From: Perkinsus olseni
Lineage: Eukaryota
Reading direction: 5' to 3'
Length of the DNA stretch: 64,000 bases
NCBI GenBank assembly: GCA_013115125.1
Contig: JABANN010000009.1
Span: 1 to 64,000, forward strand
Of this stretch, positions 41,501 to 54,116 are shown piece by piece; position 1 is the first letter of the stretch; each line of letters begins with the position of its first letter. The notes beneath the pieces are model-generated. The model was not told the DNA's origin, did not search any database, and saw nothing but the letters and a program-made list of their open reading frames with translations. Made by a program: the position numbers and the translations under genes.

Positions 41501-44500
41501 CGCTGATTTTCCGATGGTCTTGTACGTTTCGGATTTCCTCTTAATTATATGCAAATCGATCGTCCGATCGATTTGTGAGCGCGCGTCGTTTTCAGGTCAA
41601 GCTTGCCAGCGAGACCGAGGTTCAAATTAACGAGTCTCGAGAACAGTACCGGCCAGTCAGTGCCGAGGGGTCCATGCTCTTCTTCCTCATCATCCAGCTC
41701 TGCTTTATCGAGCATATGTAACGTTCGGTCCCCTCTCGCTGGTCGCGCTTGATGGCATCATTATTTTAAGATTCAAAAATGATAGACGAAAATGTGAATA
41801 TCTTTATTTTTGTATCATACTATAGTAAACATTTATGAATAGAAAAGATATTTTAGTAAATCGGGCAGAAATTTTGCATGCGGTGCGAATGGTACTGTCG
41901 GCATTACGAAAAGGACGAGCGAGGTCATGCTCGCCCTTGAGACAGAGTAGCAACTAGATCGCCTTTCTTAGAGGCCGGGATATGTTATCATACCAAAGAT
42001 TCTTCCGATGGTTAGATATTTTTCATGCAGACTTTTATTGTTATTCCGTAATGATGTGTTTATCTGGTTGGGAGTTGCCGGTGTTCAGGTACCAATATTC
42101 TCTGGACAGTTTTGTGTCCTTCTTGTACCGAGCAATCGAGCGAACGCCGCCGGCGGAAAACGTAGCGGAGCGATGCGAGTCTTTGATATTCACGATAAGA
42201 ATTACCATTTTCCGATGGGTGAATCGTGGCCTGTTTGAACGACATAAGCTCATCTTCTGCGCGTTGCTGACGTTCAAGCTGCTTCAAAGAGGCCTGTTGG
42301 AAGAGACCTATAACGCCGCACAGTATCAGTTCTTGCTAAGAGGGCCGATAAGAACGGACGTGGAAAATCCGATAGGGGACTGGCTGCCGAATGCAAATTG
42401 GTGAGCGCAGGGAAGGGGCGGCATGATTGAATCATCGTATATTTGGGGATGGAGTGGTATCTGATGTTTACGCGTGAGAGACTTGTTGTCGCTATGTTCG
42501 GTTGAGAGAGTGTGGAACATCGTTTTCATCAACGACGTTGGCTAGCGGAATTTTTTCCCCAATATTACGTTGTGGCTTAATCGCTCCTCACGTGGGAGAC
42601 GACTCCTAGCCGTAGGACAGGTTGAAGTTGCGTGAGCTGGAGCAGCAGCGCGGTCCTTGAAAAAAGATTATTATAGCGTGAGACCTGCATTAATGGGACT
42701 GGGATACTCGATAGACTGCCTCTCCTGAGTGCCAAGGGCGCTTCCAGGATCCTTCTTTACGGGTTAATTAAATTCAACCCGAACACCCTCCTCGCGACTC
42801 GTTAATCGGTGAATCATCTCCTTGTTCAGGTACGCTGTGCAGAAGCTGATTGAGCAGGAAGGCTTCGAGTCCTTCGCGCAGAACATGGAGAAAGATGCTC
42901 CCAATCGGTTCAAGGAATGGTTTAACGAGCTAGGACCGGAGGACCAAAAATTGCCATTGGATTGGAAAAAACTGGACAGTCAGCCACTTCAGAAAATGCT
43001 GGTTTTGAGGTGCCTGCGACCAGATCGAATGACGATCATGATGGGTAACTGGGAAAGGAATTTTGTGGCGCGCGAGAATTTTCTGTGAGTCAGGTAACTG
43101 GATTCGCAAGGCCTTGCCACATGGTCGCGAGTACATGGACTGCGATGGCAGCAGCAGCTTTTACGAAGTTCTGTCCAATAGTTTCGAAGATTCTTCCAAC
43201 GTTACTCCGATTTTCTTTATCTTGTCGCCTGGTGCTGACCCGGTTAAGGAGGTGGAGGCTCTCGGAAGGAAGGTTATTCAACTGCAGATCAACGTCAACT
43301 ACCACAACGTGGCTATGGGGCAGGGCCAGGACGTGGTCGCGATGGCGAAGTTGGATATGGGCCACAAGGAAGGCCACTGGATTATGCTGCAAAATATCCA
43401 TCTGATGCCGCGATGGTGCGCGGAGCTCGAGAAGAAGCTCGACAATTTTGCTATTGAGGGCTCCCATCCGAATTTCCGATGCTTTTTGAGTGCGGACCCG
43501 TCTAATGGCATCCCGATTGGTATCTTGGAGAGATCTATCAAGCTCACGAATGAGCCCCCACAGGGACTTCTGGCGAATCTTCGCCGTGCGTTTGCCTTCT
43601 TCAATAAGGAAGATTTCGAGGAGCGAGATTCTAAGGTCAAGAGTATCTTGTTCGGGCTGTGCCACTTCCATGGCGTGATGCTGGAAAGAAAGAAATTTGG
43701 TCCACTTGGGTATAATATGATGTACCCGTTTTCGATTGGTGATTTGAGGGACTCGGCTAGCGTGCTTTACAACTACCTAGAGAACGCGTCTTCGGTCAAG
43801 GTGCCTTGGGATGACCTCAGGTGAGGAGGTTGAAGCGTGCTTCTTGCAGGGGAAAAGATTCCCTGTCGATGCGTATCTTACATGGGTCAACCTAAGATAC
43901 CTTGGTCGGTTTTTCAGATATATTTTCGGAGAGATCATGTACGGTGGCCATATTGTCGACGATTGGGATAGAAAACTTTGCCGAACTTATCTTGAATTTT
44001 TCATGCACGATGAGCTCCTCGATGAAACAGAGCTAGTGGGTCTCTATCAAACCCGGGGGCGCTCGTTCGTTTATTAAAGTTTCTCACGGCCTACGTGAAG
44101 TTCGATTTTTTCGCGTGATTGCGGAATTTTTCTTTCACGTCGCGGGTCAAACTCCATAGTTCGCGCGTTGCTTCAGGAGAGAAATCGACGGGAGATAGAG
44201 TTTTCCGTAGCGCTTTATCTGCGTGTGAGATATTCTGTTCGGTAAACTCGAACCCCTCTATGAATTCACTTGAGCGGATTCGTACAAATTTTCCTTTAAA
44301 AGATGACGAGTGTTTTTCACTAAGAACTCGGCCTCGTTTCTTCGGATGCTCGTTGGTGAGGAGATTCGTCATAGGGCGAATCTTAGAATTCTTCGGTACT
44401 GCCTGATAATATCATAATGCATTCCATGCGATTTTTCAGGTCCCGTTCACGGATCCGTCCAAGCTCAGTTTCCTCTCACCCGCGCCCAGTTCTCATGAGA

Positions 44501-46022
44501 AGTAAGATATCTTCGAGGTCGACCATTGTAAGATACGCTGCCGTTAGATACCTCGAGCACATCGAGCTCATGCCGGTAGAGACGCCGCAGTTCTTCGGCC
44601 TGCATCCGAACGCTGAAATAGGGTAGGGGATTCCAAGGCCGATAGCGATCGCTGAACTTCTCGCAGGTTCCGAACTGCTCAGTCGAACACCCTCTTCCAG
44701 ACTCTCTTGAATTTGGACGCTCGATCGGGAGGGTCCGGTGGAGGCGACGAGGACGCTGGCGAGGTAGGGGTGTAAAATTTTGCGGTTTTACTATGAAACC
44801 GTTGATCGATTTCAGTCGATGTCACCGCTGGCCATGGCGGAAGCTTTCTGTAACGATATTCTTGATGACGTGAGAGACATCAAATTCCCGGTGGACGACA
44901 TCAGCCGGTCCATGCCTGATGAGGAAAAAGGTAGGGGGGCATGTGTTCAGCCTATTATATCATGTGTCACCCCATGAAATTCTGGAGGATACGTTATGGT
45001 CGTGGAAGTAGCATAAAATCGAAAATCTTCACATTGATTTCATTATCACGACGCAGTGGGCGCTAGTTGGTCTAGTATGCTTTAACCCTCAGGTCCGTAC
45101 CAGTACGTCTTCCTACAGGAGTGTAGCTACATGAATGAACTCATCTTCGAGATGGTTCGGTAACACACCTCTTCAGTGTCTATTTTCGTCGACGACCCCG
45201 GCAGGTCCCTTCAAGAGCTGCAGCTTGGCTTCAAGGGAGAGCTGACCATGTCAGAAACGATGGAGAATTTAAGCAACGCTCTCATTCTGGAGATCATCCC
45301 GCCGCGCTGGGCGAAGCTGGCTTTCCCCAGTACTCGACCGTTACGCTCATGGCTGACCAACTTGAAGGAGAGGTCAGTCCTGGTGGAGCCTTTCGGCCGG
45401 TCTCAGTCCATTGCGGTGCTCTCAGGTGCGCTCAGCTCGAGGAGTGGACCAACGACCCCTCCTCTGTGCCGAAGGTCGTCGATGTGTCTAAATTCTTCAA
45501 CCCGCAGTCCTTCCTGACTGCCATCAAGCAGCTCTGTTGCCAACAGCAGATGCTCGAGTTGGATAAACTCATGGTCTTCACTGAAGTCACTAAGAGAGAG
45601 AAATCTCAAATTGAGAGTTTCAGTCGAGAAGGGGCGTATGTCACCGGAATGTTCCTCGAGGTGAGCTTGAGAGCTTCGCTGTTTTCGTGATTCGTTTTTT
45701 CAGGGAGCTCGCTGGGACATCAACGGCAACTGTCTGGACGAGTCGAAACCGAAGGAGATGTTCTGCAAGATGCCGGTCATTAACTGCAAGGCTGGCTTGG
45801 CTGATGAATCGGGAGGCGGAAAGAGCGAGAAGGGGATGTACATCTGCCCCATGTAAGTATTCACGCTCTCTGTGTGTCTGTCACGGATTTTATGTTAGCT
45901 ATTGCACACCACAAAGAAGGCCTTACTTTGTCTTCGCTGCGCAATTGCGTACGAAGCACAGCCCAGCTAAGTGGGTGCTTGCGGGTGTCGCCATGATTCT
46001 TGATATCGGTGTTGCGGTCTAA
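21926..46022 (+). CDS. Axonemal dynein heavy chain, outer-arm beta type (DNAH9/11/17-like); several dozen exons
   Basis: ATG at 21926 ([14 protein letters not shown]); DHC tail exons; P-loops [71 protein letters not shown]; stalk KSLGKPP; C-terminus [19 protein letters not shown]. Confidence 0.96.
23505..23564. repeat. (ATC)20 microsatellite in the largest dynein intron (about 22675-23599)
   Basis: Perfect ATC run; the poly-His and poly-Asp ORFs in the track are artefacts of it. Confidence 0.97.
29372..29555. repeat. 64-bp tandem repeat (about 2.7 copies) in a dynein intron
   Basis: GGAATCTTCGCTGTGCGCAATTTCAATTCTCCTTGACTC starts at 29386, 29450 and 29514; partial degenerate copies near 29242 and 29594. 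Confidence 0.92.
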
Positions 46023-46388
46023 GGCTGCTCGCCCGCATGTTGGAAGAAGGTGTTGTGAGTGATAGTACTGCAGTACTTGCGTTGGCAGTCGAGTCAGTTG
46101 GGTACGGAAATTTGGACATGCGAACATACTCTATACGAATGGCAAAGACCCCGAGATTTCAACACGACAAGGCAACTGAGCTTTGAATCTTTCATCTTTA
46201 AACCTTCCGCCAATTAGCCATTTTCACAACATATCTCGTCAGCTACCAGAATGGATCAAACAATTACGTCAGCGGGTCTTATAAGTGAGTACTAGCTTAG
46301 GCGAACATTGTCCTTAAAACCCGGACTTGAAGTGGGATTCTTTAGTAGCTATCCGATCGGGTGCCACCAGCAAGAAAATAGGACGGAA

Positions 46389-47434
46389 CTATACCAGCGT
46401 ACCGTTAACAACGACATAAACAACAAAACAAAGCTTGACAAAATATCTGATATACAGAAGTGACAGAAAGGAGCGACTCCCTAACCACGACTGAGAAGAC
46501 GCTGAGATTGCGTTGGTGCTCTGTTTCATGTACGGGACCAACAAGCACGCATCACCACCGCAATGTAGCATTACTATAAAGATATTAGATAGAGGTGTCA
46601 GTATCTGAGAAGATACGGACTGGACTTCGATGGAGGAGGGGCCGCCAGAGAGCAGTCCCCACTTACCAAGAGCTGTACGAAGATCAGTGCTCCGATGAAG
46701 GCACACGTGTAGGCCTTCCCGATGACGACCGCCGTAGTTCTCTTGCCGCCAAGAGCATCGCAATCTAGGTCGAGGAGCTCAGCTAGAAGATGGCTGGTTA
46801 GAGATGACGTTATATAGAATACGCAGGGTCCTGAAAGCGAGACGAGACGATTGAGGGGCGAACTGTCGGGACGATAGACCCGGTACGGAGCGTTGGAGAA
46901 GACTAGGGCCCGAATCTTACCGATATTAGGTAGGGGGACTTGATTAAGATGACATGCGAAGACCACCTCTAACAAGAACCCCGCGGGGGTACAGAGGAGG
47001 TCCAAGGGAGGCTTCCTAGAAAAGGCGAAGGGCTTGAAATTGTACACAATATTCAGACCGAGTCCCATCGCGAAGAAGAAGGGGTAAGATACCCAGTCTC
47101 CAGTGGCGATTGATATGATTGTAAGAGGTATTAGATTGGATATGGAAATCACTTTCCACAAGCCAGAAAACTCAGAGATTGAATCTTGACCACCAAACCG
47201 GCCGAGCGACTTCCGAGGGTTGTACTTGTCAACGTCGGTATCGGCCATGTCGTTGATACCAAACATCATGATGTTGACCGGAAAGGTGAAGTAGAGGAGG
47301 CCGAGCCAAAACCTGCACGTCGATAGAAGGTCCAATCGACCGCCAAGAGGGAAGAGATAATACGGCAGGACGGTGAACCATATAATGGGACGAGATATCT
47401 TCAGGTAGAATTTGACGCGGGAGAGGTCTAGCAT
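46389..47434 (-). CDS. UbiA-family membrane prenyltransferase, CrtEb/LyeJ (lycopene elongase)-like, copy 1; exons 47434-46921, 46830-46667, 46604-46389
   Basis: ISRPIIW, FPVNIMMFGINDMADTDVDKYNPRK (first Asp-rich motif), YNFKPFAFSRKPPLD, AELLDLDCDALGGKRTTAVVIG (second Asp-rich motif); multiple TM segments; splice sites give in-frame joins. Confidence 0.85.
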
Positions 47435-48816
47435 GGGACAAAACACGAATGGATCTATAAAACCAGTGGTCACTAAGCTCGCACAGTAGATTTCTCTTGC
47501 ATGCACCAAAAGTAGAATACGTGATAGTACCTAGAACGCTTGTGCTGTCCTGTGTACCATAAGTACGACAACTACATCACAGAGCCTTGCCAAGGCTCGA
47601 GGTCTTCGAGATGGGGCAAGGCGCGGCACCCCCTAGCGTCGGTAGGGTCGACAAGACCTCACGACGGCGAAGAGAGGATAACGCGAAGGCAAACGATGCC
47701 GAGACCGAAGGCGATGCTACACATGGCAATCGCGGGTTCGGCGGGTACGAGTTACCTCTAGTTTGCTGGCGTAGGAGGGACAACCGAGACACTAGGTGTT
47801 CCGTTGTAGACACAACATAACTCGGCATCTATTCGCGCAGGTTTTAACCTAGACGCTGGTGGGGGAGCTGTAGAAGCACCTTCGATAGTAGGACCAGTCC
47901 GCGAAAGTTGGACGCGATTTGCCGAAAAGAACCGATATATGAAAATGAGCAACTACGAGAATAGCTTACTCGTAATGATCGATCAACTCAATGTGAGAAC
48001 GCATGCACCAAATATCTCTACTGCTTACTGACTGCTAGTGTCTCGTACCATTATGCGCCGCCTCGAACTCTGATGCATGAGTATGCATTTTAGATTACAC
48101 TGAAGCTCGATCGAATTATCGATCAACGGCTCATGAGTCCGACTGTACCACTGTTTGAGCCCGTCTCAAGTAGCCCCACCGTAATGAATAATAGTGCACG
48201 CATACACCTAGGCGCGCCGATCCCTGACGTAAAACCACTGACAACTCAAACAGACGTATTCACGAGACTGTGTATGCAGCACCAGAGTTTGTGGTAAGAG
48301 AGATTGAGATTCAATGGGGCGGCGATGGAAGCTCATTCAGCTCCCTAGGAGAAAGTGGTGAAGATGAAGCCAAAATTGTTTACTCGGGGAGCTAGCCAAG
48401 ATAGGCATAAAAAACTGCAATAAACTGCAGTCTGACGTTCTCCCGGAGTGCCGAAGCAACGGACCATGCCCTAGCGCCCCTCTGCAGCTCCTACGTACCA
48501 TCAGGCCAGGACTTGACTGCACCGAGCGTAAAACATGTAGGAGACCCCGAGAATACTTCACGAACCCTGACGGCTCTACTGAGAATTCTAACGCACGTAT
48601 TCGGGAGACAGGGGGACGGTCCCCCGGGGACCATCACGGTGGGCATGCGTGCGAAGCGTTCGACTGGGTATGGTGGCAACATGGGCAGCCCATGTTCCTA
48701 GCAAGAACTAGGTAGCACACAGATTGCCTCTCTACAAGTAGGTAGCCAGGAGAATCTGGAGCCCTCATCAATGGCTCTTAGAACAGTTATATTTTCTATC
48801 TCACTCGATCTCCCCA

Positions 48817-50115
48817 TGATAGTGTCTCCCACACTTACGACCTGGAGAGCTACGTTGATGATATCTCGCCCCGGTTTGTGGTTTGTCATGGTTTGGCTTT
48901 ATCTTTGGCCAACTGGAGGTCATTGGAATGTTCTTCAGACATTCCCTTTCTACATCGGTCTTCTATCTTGTACACTTCCTTTCAATCTACTCATGTTCGG
49001 TATGAGTGATATGGTAGACTTTGATGTGGATCAATTGCACGCTCGCAAGGGTAACTACACCTGGGGTGCGAGAGCGAGCAAAGTGGAGTTAGCTCAGCTG
49101 CCCCTCATGATGGCCATCAGCAACCTCTGTCCAATGGTCATCCTCGTAGCGGCTACTGGGCACATGAGCTCACTCATCTGGGTTCTCGGTTTTTTTCTCT
49201 GTAATATCATTTACAACCTGCCCCCCATGGCAGTCGCTCGAAAGGGCCCCTGGGAATTCCCTTGTATGCTCCTCGGGATCTCCTGCATCACGATGTCTTC
49301 GTGCGATGTGAACAAGGTTCCTACCCCGTCAATTGGTAATACCATTGCACAGCTAATCTCTTGGTTCCATGCTTTACGCTGTCGTCGTTAAAGATCCTCT
49401 GGAGTTCGTCTAGGACCCCTTTTCGCTACTATCTCAGAAGTTTAGGAGCTCGATGACGGTAACGGTATTTGATACAGCAATGCCTGAGGATTAATCTGAG
49501 GGAGTTACCTTAACCTCTCTATCAATACCCATCCAGTGTCATTCACCCGACGTCTCCGTTGGTCCTACTTACGACATTTCCTCAGGCGGGTGGATGTTTC
49601 ACTGGCTGGCAATGGCGCGGGGTCAGCTGTTTGGAGAAATTCTCGATATCGAGGACGATGCTCAAGTCGGGAAGAACACTACAGCTGTTAAAATCGGCGA
49701 AATGAGATCTCAGCAACTTATGTTTGCTTTGACTGTGTGTTTAGCCCTGGTAAGGAATGATCCCTCTCCGTTGATCGGATCAACTTGATCCTTGTTGCTC
49801 GAAATCGCGGCAATTCTGCCTTTGAGCCTATCGCGCCGCAACGCGTTCACTCTCGAAAAGCCTGTGTGAAGTATGTTAAAATATCTAACAGTCTCTACTC
49901 AGGTATCCTACATTCTAGTCGGTTCCGTGGTGCTAACTGTCTACTATGTCGTAGATATGGTGCTCTCAGTCTTCTCTCTTCTGGCACCCGAGCGTATAGC
50001 TATTGACGAAGCCAGCTTCAAGTCGAGATCATATGGGCGATGTTCACCTGAACAAGTACTCACTTATAAGATTATCGTTCATGTATTGACACGACTGTTT
50101 CGCTCATCAGCTTGA
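48817..50115 (+). CDS. UbiA-family prenyltransferase, divergent paralog (copy 2); introns 49336-49585 and 49750-49902; start and 3' end approximate
   Basis: ISRPGLW, LPFNLLMFGMSDMVDFDVDQLHARK, YNLPPMAVARKGPWE, GEILDIEDDAQVGKNTTAVKIG; same two intron positions as the minus-strand copies. Confidence 0.82.
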
Positions 50116-51632
50116 TCTGGCTTCATTTTGAGAATTGATGTGCTGTGTCCGCGAAGTTGGCCGATAGGCTAGGGGCGATACCGAATAACTTTTGTAAGTC
50201 CTTCAAAAATTATTTCTCAAGCTCCGTCAGCATTGCCTGGTGGAGCGTATAGGGGATAGATACTCAACTCAACACTTTAAGGACAGGCTTGGAGAGCAGC
50301 TTATCCAAAGCTTAGTCTAATTACTTAGCATCCGCGTGGCGGTGCGACTGATAACACCGCTCATGCGAAGACATGCATGGTATTATCCAGCGTGCGCATA
50401 CTGGAGGCGGTATCCTCCACTGGTCGTGTTCCACCTACTACTGACGGGGAGCCCAACGAAAGGTCCGTGAGCAGCACGAACACGATGAGTATCTCGCGAC
50501 CCAGGATGATCTATACTTTCTATGATCTCTGTCGCTTTATTCTAAGACGGCATTAGGGATAGAATATAAGTGCGTCCTATGCTATATAATTTCCGCTATC
50601 TGAGAAAAACGTGACGTCCCGATCTACTGCATCCTAAACTACGAATAACGGATTCGGTGAACTTACCTGGCTCCCTTGTTGTGAATTGATGCTCGACTGC
50701 TCAACCGGAGTACTCATATAGGAAATTGGGGTACTGAAACCGTAACCGCTGTGATAGCTAATAGCAGCTAATAAGACGCCATCAGCCGCAGCGATGGAGA
50801 CGAGACGCGTCACGTCACGTCACGTGACGAGACGGGTGGGAGCTAGGCGTGCGCACATAGCTGTGGCGTGCGCGCACACGCATCTCACAACACTTGTTCG
50901 CTACGCCGACAGCCAGCGCGAGGAAGCAGCCCCACCCTACGAGACGCCCTAAGCCGTTGTGCTTTAGTTTAGTTTGTTCATTTCTGAACTGACAGTTTAA
51001 CGAGCAGCTCGAAAGACAGCTGGAACGCCGAGTCTATATAGGTGTAAGCCGTTAATTGTTCTGCCTATATGGGGTGAGAAAATGCATTGTGTTGACTAGC
51101 TTCGTATCCTACTAGCTTCGACCTAAGATTCCTAGAGATCTGGTTCGATGCGTAGCGGCCTCACGCTGAGAGCATTGAGCACCTCCTATCGAGAAGAGTC
51201 TCCTCAGGGGACCCGATCTTTAGCTGGAGCTTCGCACTGCTCACTCAGTCATACTGAGGGTGGGAGTCGCTAGCGGCCAGATCCAACGCTGAAAGAACAA
51301 CACGGTCTCGAGAGTTCCGATCTCAGCTGAGAAAACCGTGATGATCCGGAATGGTCATAGAAAAGGGCTAACTAATAAGCCCACGGATGCTCATCGTCCA
51401 TGATTCCACTGCGTAGAGGATACACCGTGTGAGACACACAGAAGTTAGTCTTCAAATTCTGGTGGAAATCTCCTCGGAATACAAGCAACCCAGATATTGC
51501 AACACAACAGTGACCGAACTGTTTAGGGCACGACGCTTACTTCTACGACACAACAACTCGTCGGGATTCAACCGCTAGAGTCAATGGAATCCGCAATGCG
51601 GATAACAGAGCGGATTCAAAGTGGTGACGGAG

Positions 51633-52688
51633 CTACGCCAGGATACCTTTGGCGAATGCGTAGACAACCAAAGAGAACTTGGCTGTATATCTAGCATACA
51701 TTGATAGTAAGAAAGAGCGGGACCCTTCCCATGATTGACACGCCGCTTGGCCTCTGAAAAAGCTTTGCCTTATATACGAGAGCAGGATGGACGCATCACC
51801 ACCGCAATGTAACATGGCTATAAAGATATCAGATAGAGGTGTCAGTATCTGAGAGAAAACGACCTGAACTTCGATGGAGGAGGGACCGCCAGAGAGCAGT
51901 CCCCACTTACCAAGAGCTGTACGAAGATCAGTGCTCCGATGAAGGCACACGTGTAGGCCTTCCCGATGACGACCGCCGTAGTTCTCTTGTCGCCAAGAGC
52001 ATCACAGTCAATGTCAAGAAGCTCAGCTATCATGTGGTTAGTGAGAGTTGATGACACATAAAACAAGCAGGGGCCTGAGGGAGATGACGAATCAAACAGT
52101 CGTTAGTCGACGTTCGATGGCACATAGTGGAGACACCCTCACCAGCTTGGACTTACCAGCCTTGGGTAGAGGCACTTGATTGAGATGGCATGCGAGTGTA
52201 ACCAAAATAAGGAAACCCACTGAGGTGAAGGGAAGATCCCAAGGAGCCTTCCTTGCGAAGGCGAAGGGCTTCAAGTTGTACAAAATGTTCAGACTGAGTG
52301 CCACAATGAAATAACCAGAGTAAAGTATCCAGTCAGCAGTGATGATCGACATGACGACCAGAGGTATCATATTGGATACCAATATCACTTTCCATAGACC
52401 AAACAGGTCAGACTTAGAGGCCTGGTTACCGAAGTAGTCGTGCGCCTTCCGAGGGTTGTACTTGTCAACGTCGGTATCGGCCATGTCGTTGATACCAAAC
52501 ATCATGATGTTGACCGGAAAGGTGAAGAAGAGGAGGCCGAGCGAAAACCTCCACGTCGCTAGAAGGTCCAATCGACCGCCGAGAGGGAAGAGATAATACG
52601 GGAGGATGATAATCCATATAATGGGTCGTGATAGCTTCAAGTAGAAGTTGACGCGGGAGAGGTCTAGCATGGGAAGGGGAGTACTCAT
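51633..52688 (-). CDS. UbiA-family prenyltransferase, CrtEb/LyeJ-like, copy 3 (3 exons)
   Basis: MSTPLPMLDLSRVNFYLKLSRPIIW...GINDMADTDVDKYNPRK...AELLDIDCDALGDKRTTAVVIG...MLHCGGDAS; paralogous to copy 1 with the same exon structure. Confidence 0.85.
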
Positions 52689-52770
52689 CCTGATTCGGAA
52701 AGTCGAAACGATCTCATGCACCATCCGAGGAAGCACGTCGTCTATTGACCCGCACTACAGCCAGAGTGTG

Positions 52771-53627
52771 CTTCAAGTACGAGTTGTCCAAGCCGTTGAG
52801 ACAACCAAGGCTAGCGATCATGCGAGCTAGCTGGGTGCTGCAGCCAGGCCCAGGCAGGTGAGCGTCCGCTTCACAATAGCGCTCAATCCCGAGATTAGCT
52901 GAGGAAGGATGAATCTCGCCGTTCTTTTCTTGTTCTCCACTGATGTCTGTTCACGCGTTTCGAAGATCTCCGAGGAGTTTTCGTCTGGCCCGTTCATCGT
53001 GTAGCGATCCCACCTGCCTGACCCGTCATCTAGTATCACTGTAGATGGCTGATTGAGAGCACCAACACCTGGGTTTTGCCATCTGGCATCCAACCTTTGA
53101 CCTTTGGTCCTCGCATCATCAACTATTCAGCTTAGCTTCGGCGTGTGTGTGAGTTTACAGTCCAACGTCGGTTCCGCAGAGGTCTAGCATGCCCCAACTC
53201 GAAAACGTCAAACACTCTCGTACGTCATCCGAAGGACCATCTCGTCCGTAACTCACGAAGCCGACTCGCCCTGGAGCGGGAGTATCCTTCAAGTACGAGT
53301 TGTCCAAGCCGTAGAATCAACCAACGTTGGCTATCATGCAAGCTGGCTGGGTGCTGCAGCCAGGCCCAGACAGATGAGCATCTGCTTCTTAGTGCCGCAC
53401 CGATCTTCTTGGAGATAAACTGAGCGAGGTTGGCCCTCTCCGACTTCTTGTTGTCCACAGACGTCTGGTTACGCGCTTAGAAGGGTTCCGAGGGGTTTAT
53501 CTCGCCTGGCCCGATTCTTGTGTGGTCCCGTAATCCCGCCTGCCTACTGCGTCATTTAGTATCCCTGTAAAAAGACTAATTGATTGAGAACACTTTGCAC
53601 ATCAACGATTCAGCTTAGCTTCAGCGT
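52771..53627. repeat. Diverged direct duplication (about 52771-53144 and 53287-53627) of a decayed coding-like fragment
   Basis: Both copies start CTTCAAGTACGAGTTGTCCAAGCCGT, share CTGGGTGCTGCAGCCAGGCCCAG and end ATTCAGCTTAGCTTC(G/A)GCGT; the minus strand reads WAWLQHPAS..RLGQLVLE with stops and frameshifts. Confidence 0.8.
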
Positions 53628-54116
53628 AGTTTCTTATTGAACGAAATAGAATCAGCGATAAGAACATCACATCACCGCAGTCAGGATGCATTGATGACTT
53701 GACCTTTTCTTGCAACTCAACGCGATCCCTGCCTAGTGTTACAGTCTTTCTCTCGAGTGCGACTGACGGAGTGTAACCAACGACAATCAAGCATCCCCAT
53801 GAAAACGGAAGTACCGCGGAGAATGAAAAGCCGACACCAAAGCGTCACATGACGTTCGTATTATCCGATCAAGACGTGAGGACAAAATATTTCGCCACGT
53901 GTCTTCTCACTCAGAGACCCTAACAGCTGAGCAGAAATTCCCTGAATAATAGAGCGTTGATTTTCGCGAGCAATAAGCGCATATTTATCAACTAGAAAAA
54001 ACTTATGAAAAACACCATACAGGTTGGGATTGTGGATAGACCAAAACCTGTGGCAAACCATCATGCTAAATCGAAATCGCCACGCCTGCCACTTCACTGC
54101 TCAAGCGCCTTCTGGC

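Noticed and set aside
47540-47900. Possible LTR-retrotransposon end (GGGGGAG followed by TGTAG)
   Set aside because: No second LTR and no RT or integrase motifs visible.
50661-50800. ACTTACCTGG resembling the U1 snRNA 5' end
   Set aside because: No U1-70K loop (GATCACGAAG), U1A loop (ATTGCAC) or Sm site follows; better read as a minus-strand 5' splice site CCAG|GTAAGT.
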